Positions 35,341 through 48,927 of a stretch of DNA of 64,000 nt are shown here, piece after piece. Source of the stretch: Vermamoeba vermiformis (Eukaryota); assembly GCA_045837725.1 (NCBI GenBank), contig JBEWZL010000213.1:124001-188000 (forward strand), in the 5' to 3' direction. The number at the start of each line of letters is the position of its first letter. Position 1 is the stretch's first letter. The notes under the pieces are model-generated. The model saw only the letters and a list, made by a program, of their open reading frames with translations, was not told where the DNA came from and made no database searches. A program made the position numbers and the translations under genes.

Positions 35341-37130
35341 ATGTCGTGTACCACGCAAGTTGGCGGAAAGAGAGCCGCAGAGGACGCTATAGATCAAGAT
35401 CGCGCCAACAAAAAATCTAAAATAACGGTAATGTTAGCAATTATTTATCATTAATTAAAGCGTTTAAATAATAATAATTATAGCCTGAGCTCAATTTACT
35501 AGAGCTTCCGAAGGAAATTTTGTTGGACATCTGCAGCTTTATCTCCAGACTAGAAGATATATTACGGTGATTATCCTATAAAAATTATAATAATATTCAT
35601 CATTAATGTTATTCTTTTAAATCCACTTACAAGTATTTTTTTAACAGATTCGAACTCACATGCACAAAAATCAGATCTCTGACCGTTAATACACCAAAAA
35701 AGCTTAACGTTAAGCAGGACTATAGAACTCTGGACGTGGTTGAAAACATTACGTCGCGAGATCTGCATCTGACCGAATTATCAATTTCGGCTCTCCATTT
35801 CGACACCGATGCAACAGATATATTACTGGACAATTTGACAGCAATATCATCATTTCACACTTTAAAGCGACTTTCTCTGCAATATGACTTTCCCTCAACA
35901 GATCGCCCGATGCGCAAATCCATGCTCAAAATGGTTTGGCTAGAAAAATTGGCAATTCCAAGACAAATGTTCGTAAATTTGAAAGAGTTAAGTAGGAATC
36001 ATACCCGCTTAACAGAGTTGCTACTTCTTGATCCAGCACGGTGGCTGCAAACAGGTAAATATTAAATACGGTTAATTTAAACGTTTAAACGGCCTTATCA
36101 AAAGCTAAATTTATCAAATAGAGAATACATCAAAGTGTAAGATAAGTGGATACAGCAGCTTACAACGCTTGAAAGCTCTCAAAGTCCCGAGGACGCTCCG
36201 CCAGCAAGGTTTCAACGAAGTCTTGCAGCTCACGAATTTGACAGCATTGAATTTGAGCAGTACACGTATACACCCTGAAGCAGCCCCCAATATAACACGC
36301 TTGATGAAATTGGAAACGATCGATATCACTGAATGCAATATAGATCTGAATCTGCTTAGTGCGTTGCCAAACTTACGGGCATTAACAGCCACAAACAAAG
36401 TTAAAACGGATGATGACGAAGTATATATCAAAAGCTTAAATAGATTGACACAATTGACGTGTTTGAGGTTTACTAGTGACACTTTTGCACTTCAAACTTT
36501 ATCGTGTTTGACCAACCTGCAACAGTTCCACCTCAGATTTTTCAACATTTACGAACGAAAGACACCGTTTACTGCTTTCAAACAATTGACGAGTTTGCAC
36601 CTTCAACGTGACTTTGACACCATGTGCGCAACAACGGAGATGCTGCTTCCTCAAGGGCTGAAAAAGTTTCATTCGTCATGCTCTCTCTCAAGTTTTGAAT
36701 GGAGCGAAATCGTCAAGATCGATGGTCTTGAAAGTATGGCAATAAACTGGCCGGAGGATGATTTCAGGACGGATGATATTTTGCAGTTCAGCCGATTGAC
36801 TAACTTGAAGTCGTTGCAATTTGTTTGGGGCGACTTTCCTGATGGTAAGTTCGATTTATTTTTAGAACTAGCGAACAGTCTGCTTCATAATTAATGCCTG
36901 GTACATAATGTTAGTGCGGATTGTAATTTCTTCATTTTACAGGAATTAGTGAGGGCCTGAAAAAGCTGCCGACATTACGAACATTACAGTTGGAGATAGT
37001 TACCAGCAAAGACATCGAACAACTTAAAGTCTTGACGCAACTCAATCAGCTGCTAATTGAAAGTGTGCATGCCGACACAGATATTACGTCCCTTCGCCAA
37101 CAATTGCCCTACCTTGTCTACAAGTTATAA
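35341..37130 (+). CDS. F-box/LRR protein (tandem paralog)
   Basis: LNLLELPKEILLDICSFI...DILR|FELTCTKI; the LRRs and C-terminal LRQQLP parallel the upstream gene. Confidence 0.88.
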
Positions 37131-37306
37131 AATTTCATCGTTCACGTGCGCACTCCGTTGAAGAAAGCTAAATTTTAGCAGAGTCGAAAAAAGTAAATGA
37201 TTACGGTCTCAATTATCAGCCGTTGAGTAGAAGGGGGATCTTCTCGATCTTCATCCAGAAAAGTTGCTCGCGTCTATTCTATTTAAAGAGTTTTTTTACT
37301 GTTTTT

Positions 37307-39914
37307 CTAAGTAAATTTTTTGAGTTCTTGAATGACGCGTGGTAAATCATCGAGCGAGGCAAAATGGCGCTGGCCAGTCTTGCGGATCTCGATCTCCAGA
37401 TGCTTGTCTGCAGCATACTTCTTGCCAATCATAATTAGGAATGGTGATCCTATCATACTAGCGTCGTATAATCGTACACCAGCTGTTTCATCGCGATTAT
37501 CGATAACTTGTTCGCCTTTCAGATCAGGATCCTTTGGTTAATTCGTTAGAACTGAAAAATGTCGATAAATACTAATTAAATAATGATAATAATACGAGTG
37601 TAATAACTATGAATTTTGAAGTAAAATGACGAAAAGATCCGATCAGATTCGATATTTCATCCAGCATACCTGTTCTAGAATATCGTAGACTTGTTCAGCG
37701 ACTTGATTAAATTCACTTTTAAAAGGCAGAATAGTCACGCGATAAGGGGCTACTGAAAACGGCCAAGCAACGCCTTTTTGATCGTATTGACTCTCAGAGA
37801 TTGCGGAGATCAAGCGCGAGACACCGATGCCGTAGCAACCCATCTCAAGTACTGTTTGAGTTTGGTCGGCATTGCGAATCCTAAATATATAATATTAATA
37901 TCATAGACTATAGGAATAAACAGTCGCGATCTGGCATCGATAAAAATTCTTCGAATATCATTTGATTTTAAGGAATACTGATACTTACTTAGCATCGAGT
38001 ACGGAGCTATATTTCTTGCCTAAATAGAAGCAATGACCGACTTCAATGCCTTTTGATTCTTCTAAAGTTCCGTTACAATTTTCTTGCGGGCACTTGTCTC
38101 CTTGTCTATTCATGATAATCTGTTAATTCTGTATTTATTATTTTATACGTTACCTAGTCTTATGGAATTGTCCCCATTGAACTTGATTTGTTGTTGCAGT
38201 TTTTGCGATCGACTCCACTCTTTGGATCTCTTCCAAAATAGCATCTAAAAGATAAAATGGGTTAATACTAGTGGATACAAAAATATTATAACTCTTACTT
38301 GAGTGTCCTTGGAGAGATTCGTCAAAAAGAATTATTCTATTTTCAGGCGCGGTTGAAAATATTTTGTTCAGATCTGGAATTTCTTCTTCAACTTCTTCAA
38401 TGTTCTTAACGCCGTTTTTTATAGCATATGAATTCGGATCTCGATCTCGATGATGGAACAATATGCACTGCTTATTGCCATCGACTTTGAAAATTGAACA
38501 CGTGATCTCGGATGCGTGTTCTGGATTCACAAATAATTTGATAATTTCTTCGAAACTATTGAATACGTCGATATGTGTCACTAACAGAGGCTTTTCCAGC
38601 GGTTTATGACGCGCTTTTTCGACGTTTCCTGCGTAGCCACAACAGCTGCACTTTAATAGCGTATCATCGCCTATATAAATTATTTCCTATTAATAACATA
38701 CATAAATGCTACAGATATGCACAATTTGCATATAAAACAAATGGATCCAAAAAAAATAACAAACGCCAAAAAAAGAAGTCGTGCACAGACGTCAATGAAA
38801 ATTAAAATTAATAGTGCGTCTATAATTAATAAAAATTACCTAGAGCAGCAGGAATGTGAAATTCATGGCTGAGATCACCGCCAATATTTCCTGTGTCAGC
38901 TTCAGCTACAACATATGGAATGCCAATTCTATAATCAAATATGAGCACCTTAGATAACACTATGGTCATATATACCTCTTCATAATGCGATGGTAAGCCT
39001 TGACGAGGTCTTCGTAAGTTTTAAGTGCCTGATCTTGCGTCGCGTCAAAAGAGTACATGTCTTTCATAATAAATTCGCGACAACGAATTAATCCGTGGCG
39101 AGGACGCACTTCATCGCGGAATTTCTCGCCTAAATATTAATTTAATATCTATATTAGGAAAAAATAAGGTATACTGAACACGTACCAATTTGATAAAGTC
39201 GAAGTGGCAAATTTTTGTATGAAAAAACGTCGTTAGCAACGATTTGGGTGATCAATTCTTCGTGAGTAGGGCCCAAACAATATTCTTCGCCTTTTCGATC
39301 TTTAAATTTAATCATTTCTGAGCCGTTTTTGTCCCATCTGCCTGTTGTTCTCCATAATTCTGCTGTCATCATTACAGGCATCGATAATTTTTGTCCTCCT
39401 ATGATAGATATATTAATTAAGTTTCATTCATACTTAAAACAACGAGTTTATTGCTCGTTAATGAAAAATTTTGGCGCATCTAGTTCATGAACTCACCTAC
39501 GCGTTTCATTTCTTCGTCAATAATTTTAGTTAATTTTTCTAGCACTCTTAGACCCAAGGGAAGATAAGAATATATACCAGAGGCGCTCTGTATTTTTTGG
39601 TAAAAATATCAATTAAAACAAATGACAGATCCGTTCTTACCTGTCTAATAAATCCACTTTTCAATAGATATCTATGACTAATAGATTTTGTTTCTTTAGT
39701 GACATTTTCTCTGATTGGAATAAACAACGAAGAGCGATAGTTCCTAGAGCTCACGATCAGATCAGCACTATTTTGGCAATGATAGCGTAATGATATGATT
39801 ATATTACCTTGGCATAGCATCTTCGTTATTTTTATCAACGGAGTATAATCGTTTGGTCCATACAGGCGACGAAGTAACAGATTTGCTGCTCTTTCGCAGT
39901 AACGACGATAACAT
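37307..39914 (-). CDS. PARS2: prolyl-tRNA synthetase, mitochondrial (bacterial type)
   Basis: [70 protein letters not shown] and [10 protein letters not shown]; transit-peptide-like N-terminus. Confidence 0.95.
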
Positions 39915-40287
39915 GGTTCAAATTTTTTAGAATAGCTCCTAATTAATCAACTATGACAATGTATTATTAGGAGGTGTGGTAGACTGCTTGGAACAAAAAG
40001 GACAGAAATTTTTTGAATCGACCAATAAATCTCTAGTACAAGTTTTTTTTTTTTTTTTTTTTTTTCTTTTTTAATGCTGGTTGGCAGATCTCATTCCGAA
40101 GCTCAGCTCTAGCGGCCTCAACTAGCTCTCTAACACTACAATAATGGAGTATGCTCTAATCGATTAAATTGATAGAACAAGTGCTAATCGGCCGGAAATT
40201 CACGCAAAAATTTCTTCGCTTAATTCGTATCACAGAATAAAAGTTATTAGAGCGTTATTTTTTATATTGACTACAACTGGTCTCATT

Positions 40288-43283
40288 ATGGACCCATTAG
40301 ACGAGTTAGAGGGTCGTATTGACTCATTAATTAAGCAATTAACCGAGAAGAAGAGTGAAATTGCCGGATTGCGTAAACAAAAGAGCGATAGCAAATTATC
40401 AGACAGTAAAAAGAAAGAATTAACAGTAAAATTCGAGCAAGATGTAAATAAAGCGGAGAAGGAGTTCAATGACTTGATGAAGGGAATAGAGGAACAATTT
40501 CCCGTTGAATCTGATAGCGAATCTGACTCAGACTCGGTAAGAATTTCGTTATATATATTTATGGAAAAATTATTTCTGCATTTACAGTGCATTCTGATAG
40601 TGATCTATAACATTAAATTAAAATTGGTAATTTTATCGAATTTTCTTTATGTGGCTCGCAAGAAGCGGTGCATTTCTATTGACGAATATATTTCTGTTAC
40701 ACTGCTGCGCGTATTAATTTATTTATTCTTGACATGACGTGCCCGTGCCGATCAGACCACAAAATCTTTACGATTACACAACATGAAACATTAGCAAGTT
40801 AATTTACTAACATTATTATACACTATAGTCCTCAGATGCTGCTCCGTCTTCTCCTCGTCCAAATGCAGTGATTGATCTGGATGAAGAAGGCGACGAAGAC
40901 GTGAACGATGATTTCCTCGAAGGATTGGCTGTAAATAAGGACCAAATGGAACAAGAGCTCGATAAAGTGCTTAAAATGATGAAAGAGATTGAAGTTTCAC
41001 CACCTGGTTCGAGTAAGTCTACCGGCTAGCGGATCTGAAATCGCGAGATTGAATCCGAGATCAAAGTATTATTCCGATAGCAAATGGAACTAATTATATT
41101 ATTCTTAGTTGAGAATATGACATCCACCGTAGATTCTTTCGCGAGCCAGAAGGATAAAGACGATTTTGGTAAGGCGCCTGGAGATCGTCGTGCACGCATG
41201 TTTAGAAATCGCGAAATGAGCTTCAACTCTGCATTTATGGAGCTTAGTGATGTTGCTAAATATGAAGAAGAAGAGGCCAATGGATTGCTGGCATCAGAAG
41301 GAACAGGTAAAGTTCAGAACGTTACCAGATCTACCTATTTCCATTTATGGTAATCAATTCTGGTATAGGCCTGACGATCAGCGATTTTACTAGTAATATG
41401 AGTACTAGCATTAGTAGTGTTACTGATAGTGATGAACCTGGCTCAGAGTCGCGTTATTCTATAAATTCATCGCAAAGTCCTCCACGTACGTGTTCAGATC
41501 CATGTTTGAGCCTTACTAGCTCAATAACATAATATAGCATAGCGATCGTATTAATCATAGTTGTACAGCTACTCGAGAAGAGGTTCATAAGAGACTCCGT
41601 TCAAAAGCAGAAACGTTCTCGCAGTTGATTAACTTGGTGCAACTGAAGGAGGCGCTCGCAAAGGGCACGTTGAATTTTGACGACGGTGAAGACGAAGATT
41701 CGCTGGCTGATTTGAAGATTAAAGCAAAAGACATTATTATTTCAAATCCCATTGCACAAGAGACTATAAGAAAGTTGTCGCTAAGTCGAGGCAGAACAGT
41801 TTCGCAGAGCAGATCCAGCGAAAATTTCCAAGCGTTGAAAGTTGCAGGAACGCCAAAGGCACCTCAGCTCATATTAAATATCGTTATTAACGATGCTAAC
41901 GGTAATGGTATTTGATAACTAATTTTTGTCTAGTTTTACTTACATCCGTTTCAGGCAAAACTATTGCAAAGAACAAAATCAAAATTTCAAGCGAAGCCAA
42001 GGTTATTAAAGTCAAAGAAAAGATTTTGATGAAAATTGATGTCAATGCTTTGACTTCGAGTAGCGGCAGCATGGGCGTGTTTTTGGCTGAATATGGAATT
42101 TTCTTGAATAACAAACGAACATTACGATCATATGATTTGAAAGACGAAGTAAGTACTGGCGACATTATTTGCATCTTATTATTATTTTCTGAACGAAAAC
42201 CAAGATCCGATCGGAATTGCTGATCTGCTTTAATTTTTTAGGACAAATTGATTCTTAGAAAGAAACCTACTCAAGGCTTAGATTACGTTTCAGTACATTT
42301 CCCAGCTTCGCCGGAGATTAAGCTGCGTAACCAACAGATCAAATGTCAGCCCGATGTTACGACACTAATGGGCTTGATCAAAGCAGTTGACAAGTATTAC
42401 AACGATGCATCTCCGTTACCATATGAGAAATATGGTCTATATAGCTTGAAAGATATGAAGTGGTTGCCTGTTAATATCAAAAAACCACTATCATATTGGA
42501 AGTTGAAAAATCAGGTATGTCACCTACTTTGAGACACTTTTTCGAAGCTGAGTGCTGATTTTTCCTAATTAGGATATTTTGGAGTTTAGAGAGATGACAT
42601 CTCAGATCATTAATGAGGTTAAGAAAGAAGAACAAAGAATATTAGAGTCCGAACAAATGTCCGTATCAGTGCTGGTCGAAATTACAAAATTCTTGGAACG
42701 AACTTCAGTACAGTACGTAAATGCTATTAATAGTAATTTCATATTAAATATCGTTAATAACGTTGTATAGAATGCAATTTGATGAAACAATTCAAGAAGT
42801 GCTGAAGCGCGTGGTCGATGATATTAGAAGGAAAAATCCTGAAGTTAGCAGTGACTACACGCAATATGGATTCTTTACATTGACTTCAAATGAACTATTA
42901 GAAGAATTCAAAACAGTAAGAGCGTCTATGGAAGTAAGTATCGATGATTTAAAAGGTCGATCTGGATCTGATCTAATTTTTTCTTTAAGTTGCTGAAAAT
43001 TGCAGTAGTTTTGAAACAAAAATCTAAAGAAGATATTAAACGAGATAAGAAAAAGAAATTAATCGCGTTGAAAGAAGAACGAAAGCGACAAAAAGATGGC
43101 AAGAAAGAAAAACGAAAATCGAGCGATATTAAGAAGAAAAAGAGACGTAGTGTTAAGTCTATGAAACCTGAAAAGACTACTACTGACAAGGCCGATGTTC
43201 CGAAACGAAATAATATGAGCCAATCCGCTTTGAGTGTTGCAGTCAAATCTGTCAGGGCGATCCACGCTGAAAACAATAATTAA
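40288..43283 (+). CDS. coiled-coil/acidic protein with three ubiquitin-like (talin F0 / RA-like) domains and a basic tail
   Basis: YGIFLNNKRTLRSYDLKDE|DKLILRKK, YGLYSLKDMKWL...PLSYWKLKNQ|DILEFR and YGFFTLTSNELL. Confidence 0.62.
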
Positions 43284-43482
43284 CGAATAAATTATTTGCT
43301 GTGTTATATTTTAGTGTCATTAATTTCGCTCTTTATTATATTTATAGTTGTGGTACCATTATTATAACCGTAATAACATTTTAACGGGTTACGTAATAAT
43401 TAAGATTAGAACGTTAAAATATTTTTACGCCCAGCCTTTTATGCTTGCTCTCGAACAGAGTAGCACTCAATTCTGTAAAAAA

Positions 43483-46210
43483 ATGAAGTTAATTTCCTCC
43501 ATATCCTTATTATTATTGGTTTACGTCGTTGGATTGCTTAAGGTAAGCAAGAACTTAACATCCAGATCTCGTCAATTCTAAACTGTTCATAGGCCGATTT
43601 AGTGGAAATTAGTGGTCTTGGCACGGTTGAAGGCACTCAAAATGGGCGAATGATCGAGTACTTGGGCATTCCGTAAGTTTAACGTATTATTGAAATTTGA
43701 TAAAAATTTATTTTTTCATTTCATAGTCATGATTTTGATTATAATTGCGATTATGAACTGCTAATAATTAATACATAATTTTAAAATACTAATCATAATT
43801 TTTCATAGTTATGCTGAACCTCCTGTTGGCGCCAATCGATTAAAAGCGCCTCAACCGGTCAAACCGTGGTCAAACATATTTAAAGCTGATAGACGTGTTG
43901 CCTGCATTCAGTCTTTACCAACGATGCTGATTCCGCAAGACGAAGACTGTCTTGTAGTCAACATCTGGCGATCCGTCAACTCGATCGGCTCTTCTGAGAA
44001 GTTACCAGTGCTCTTATATATTCACGGAGGTTCTTGGAGAACAGGAACAGGGCTTGATATATTTTTAAATGCCACTCGTTACGTAGATGTAAGTCCTAAC
44101 TTAAACCGAGATTATTTTTCATTCACTGAACGAAATTTCCTTATTAGGAAGGCTTGGTTGTGGTGTCTTTTAACTATCGATTGGACATGTTAAGTTATTT
44201 CTCACACAAAGCATTGACCGAAGAAGATCCGTTGAATCCAACAAACTTTGGTTTCTTGGATCAACGTGTGGCGATTGAATGGGTCTCAAAATACATTTCA
44301 TCGTTCAATGGCGATCCAAATCGAATTACTGTCATGGGCCTGTCTGCTGGCGCTCAAAGCATTGTAACGCACATGCAATCGTTCCAAGCGTACAAACCGA
44401 AATTTCACAAGGCTATTATTATGAGCGCTTATCCTCTTGTTACGACAATCTATCTTAATCAGGCTGAAGAAATTGGTGAAAAAGTTGTCAAGGAAATTGG
44501 ATGTGACTACAAACGAAAGTACGTGAAATTTCGGATCTGCCCAAAAGAGCCTTAAAATGACTTTTTTTATCACGAAAATATCGATTAATTGTTTTTTTAT
44601 TCTTGGAATTAATTTTTGATTTTTTTTCAGTGAACAAGTGATGGAGTGTTTGCGAAGTTTACCTGCCGAAGAACTGATAATGGCACGAACTCAACGATTG
44701 CAATTCTTTGGCACTAACTGGCGCGAGACTATGTTATATATTAACGATGGCGTAAACTTCAAATCATCGCCGAGAGTCTTTTTCAACGTAAGCACATCCG
44801 TTCAGATCCGATCAAGATCCGGATCTGGATCTTTGTCCACCGTTCTAATTATTCCGTTTATACCTACCAGGGCAAATATAATTTAGATATACCAGTTATT
44901 ATTGGTGCAACAGCAGATGAAGGCACTTTCTTTGCTAAAATTGCATTCCCTTTCAAAAGCATGTCGGAACATCTTTACATCAGCACGCTGTTTGGATTCA
45001 CGCAACATTACGTACAAAGCAATCCTGCTATGCTTCAAACTTTCATATCGAACTATACGTCGATGAATCCTGAGCTCGGTAAGTCTACCATTATTTCGGA
45101 TCAGCCGCACGCTTTCGTTAACAAATTTTAAGCCCCTATTAATGACACTCAAGTTTAAGAGAGCGATATTAGATGATATTAAGCTCTATTAGTTTTGTAT
45201 TTTTACTTGGTTTCAATTATTTCGGATCCACCAAATTCTAAAATCACTGCGTACTTCATATAGTGGCCCTGAATTAATACTTATAATGATTTATTTTTAG
45301 GCAGCAAGCCAGACCCTATATTTGCATCATATTCAGTACTCGTTGGAGATTCATATTTCTTGTGCCCTAGTCTCAACTTGCTCAAAGCACTGTCCAAGAG
45401 ACAAGCAGCATTTGGCTACATATTTACGCATGTTTCCAACGACTGGACTCGTGAATTAGGCGCTCATCATGGTGGTGATACCAAGTTCGCGTTTGGCGCT
45501 GACGCATCGAATATGATGACGTATACTGAGGAAGAGAAAGTATTCGCGAATAATATCGTCACTTATTTTGCAAAATTCGTTAAAACTGGTACGTAATTTC
45601 AGCCCTGTGAAATTTCAATTTTTTCACGTGACGAAAATTTCAATCCTACCAACCTCGTCTTATAACCTAAAGACATAAAATCACAATACATAATAATAGA
45701 AAGCATTGATTTTGCAGTTATGTTTTAACTCGGAAATTACCGGATGAGATCCGTTGATTTGACGATTTTTTTGTAGGCACGCCTGGAGGCCCTAATCTCC
45801 CTGCATGGCCAATCTACGCACCAACAGGCAAATTAATGTCCTTGGAACCAGCACTGAAAGTGATCGAACACTACAAAGAAGAGACTTGTGCATTTTGGGA
45901 ACAAAACTTTCCATCGGGTGTGGCCTACGCTGGACTCGATTTCTTCAATCACATTGACGAATCATTTGTGTCCAAATTAGTCAACAAATATCCGTTTGTG
46001 GCACTGATATTTTTATGGCGCAAACGAAGATTCGCCATTCCAGCTGTGACATTACTTTCAATCATAAGCATATTGTTCTGGTACAAGGTGATTACCAAAT
46101 GCTGTTGCCGAAGAAACAAAACTGCCAGTAAGAACGACAAGAACACTACTGCAGCTACCACGTCAAACAACGTCGGGAAAAAGGCGGATAAAATCAAAAA
46201 GATGCAATAG
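43483..46210 (+). CDS. type-B carboxylesterase (CE1), signal peptide and C-terminal TM
   Basis: GIP|YAEPP, EDCL, IHGGS, NFGFLDQ, GLSAG, ADEG and AHHGGD. Confidence 0.93.
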
Positions 46211-46380
46211 TGCTGACCGCAAATAAATTAAGAATTTTGAATTATATTTTTATTTGAAAATTTGTAACGATTCTGCTGTAAATATGTCTTTTCCAAATCG
46301 CGAAACAGATTTTACTCAAGTAAAGTACATTGAGTTTATTTGGCTGAGTGATTATTTCATTACTGAGTACAGATCCGTCG

Positions 46381-48713
46381 TTATTGAGTTTTCTTCTTTT
46401 GATCTGTTGAAGCAGGAGCAACTTTGCCAGTCTTCGCTTTGTTTCTGCGACAACAGCATTTGGTGATCACTTTGTACCAGAACAACGCACTCACAATTGA
46501 CAGCAATGTCACAGCTGGAATGGCGAATCTTCGTTTGCGCCATAAGAACAACAACGCTACAAACAGATACTTGTTCCAAAACTTCGATGCAAATGGTTCA
46601 TGAATGAGATAATCTTCGCCCATGTACGCGTATCCGTTCGGAAAATTTTCTTCCCAGAACGAGCATATCTCCGATTTGTAGTTATTGAATACGCGTAGCT
46701 TCGGCTCTAGCGCTAATAAATTTCCTTCAGCGCCGTAGATTGGCCACGTGGGAAGTCCTTTCGCTTCGGGCTTTCCTAAAAAGGAAATTCATCAGTTTTA
46801 TTCAATCGCATTAAACCTGACTAAAAATATATCAAATCTTGCATTACCTGTTTTAGCAAAGGCGGAAAAATATTTGACAATATTGTTTGCAAGCTCACGT
46901 TCAATCTCCGAATGCGACGGAATTTCGCCAAACGAGAACATCAAATCCAAGCCGTGATGAGCGCGCAAAACACCTTCAGGACTCGCAGTATAATTAAATA
47001 CATAGCCGTAGACTGGTTGCCGTTTTGACAGGGCCTTGGCGACTCGTTGTGTGGGACACGTGAAATACGCATCACCAACGAGCGTTGAATACGCCCAGTG
47101 CACTGGATCATCGTTCTTGTCTAAATAAGGAACTTTTAGTTTGTGATACTATGAAAGTAAATAGTGCCTTACTGAATAAGGGATTGAGTATTGAGTAGTT
47201 TTTGAGAAGTTTTGGAAGTAGATCCGGTGAGCCAGATCTGACGTAGTGACGCGAGAAGCTCATTAAAAGTTGATTGTACGTAACTTCAGTTTGAGGTTTG
47301 AGCGGGAATGACATTTTGGAGAATATTGTGCCTTCATCGGCAGTTGTTCCGATAATCACCGGAAGATCTAGGTCATATTTACCCTAAAAAGTAATTAAAC
47401 GTATTGCAATATTAAAATAAAATAATTCTTTTTTCTTACGTTGTAAAACACACTCGAAGACCATTTGAAATTGACGCCGTCATTGATCAAAGTGACACCT
47501 TCCTTCCAATGTGCTCCGAAGAATTGCAATCGTTGTGAGCGAGTCAACATCAATTCTTCTGCTGGCAAACTACGCAAACATTCCATCACTTGTTCACTGA
47601 ACAAAAAAATTGACAGTTGGTACAAGTGTCAAAGTGTCAAAGTGTCATCATATTTTTTCACGTACTTTGTTGGCAAGTCACAGCCGAGGACTTTGACCAT
47701 TTCTTCGCCCATTTCTTCAGCTTGATTGAGATACACGAGTGTTCCAGCAGGCACGGCACTCATCAGAATGGCTTGATGAAATTTCGGTTTGTACTCTTGC
47801 CATGAACGCATGTGAACGACAATACTTTGAGCACCAGCAGACAGACCCATGACAGTAATTCGATTTGGATCGCCATTGAACGATGAAATGTATTTTGAGA
47901 CCCATTCAATCGCCACACGTTGATCCAAGAATCCAAAGTTTGTCGGATTCAACGGATCTTCTTCGGTCAATGCTTTATGTGCAAAATAATTCAAAATATC
48001 CAATCGATAGTTAATACTAACGAACACTAAGCCTTCCTAATAAGAAAAAAATGTTGACACGTGTCATACTCGGGTCAGATCCATTGAACTTACGTTGACA
48101 TAGTGAGTCGCATTAATATCGTCATCGAGTCCTGAACCCATCTTCCACGCACCCCCGTGAATATAGACTAGTACTGGAAGCTTTTCATTCGATGTGGAGC
48201 TGTTGACAGGTCGCCAAATGTTCAACACCAAGCAATCTTCTTGCTGCGTATTGACGAGTGACGTCGGAATCGCAGCAATGCACGCTATTTTTCGATCAGC
48301 CTTTAGCGTGTTTGACCAAGGTTTGACTGGAATAGGTGCTTTGAAACGATTGGGACCGACAGGCGGCTCAGCAAATCTTTTATAAAATTAAAAAATTATT
48401 AATAATTATTTACCGTCAAAATTCAGCGCCAAATAATTAACTGTAATATTCCATATTAAATTTATATTTGTTGTAATTTTAACCAATTTCTTGATCAAGT
48501 AGAATTGCGGATTTGATTTTTACTTACGGAATCCCCAAATATTCAAGCATTAATCCATTTTGACTCCCTTCAACGGCACCAAGGCCTTCAATATTTACAA
48601 TATCCGCCTGTAAATATTCGATCAGTTGAGTTTACACACTGTAAATCCGGCTTCGCGTTTCTTACGCTGCATAATGCAAGCACCGCAGCTAATATAATTA
48701 TAAATAAGCGCAT
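46381..48713 (-). CDS. type-B carboxylesterase (CE2)
   Basis: EDCL, IHGGA, GLSAG, TADEG, AHHGLD and a C-terminal TM followed by KCCCRR. Confidence 0.93.
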
Positions 48714-48927
48714 TTGATGTGCTTGTCGATGACTTGAGTATTAAAATCAACCGCAAGATTTTTGTTTTAAAAGCACCCTACTTTTGACACGTGTCAACGG
48801 TGAATTCAATTTCACACTGAAATCAGCCTTAGCGAGTTCATTTACTGTCGTTACAAATGTACAATTGCACGATTAACAATAAACTCAGCGCTAACTTGTT
48901 GATTTCGCTATTGAGACAGATCCGTCG

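Noticed and set aside
40043..40072. Long poly-T tract
   Set aside because: No upstream Pol III gene or retroelement is evident; it is likely a nucleosome-excluding tract in a divergent promoter.
43501..43508. ATATCCTT, a U12-type donor-like sequence
   Set aside because: It lies within the open signal-peptide exon of CE1. All introns I traced are ordinary GT-AG.
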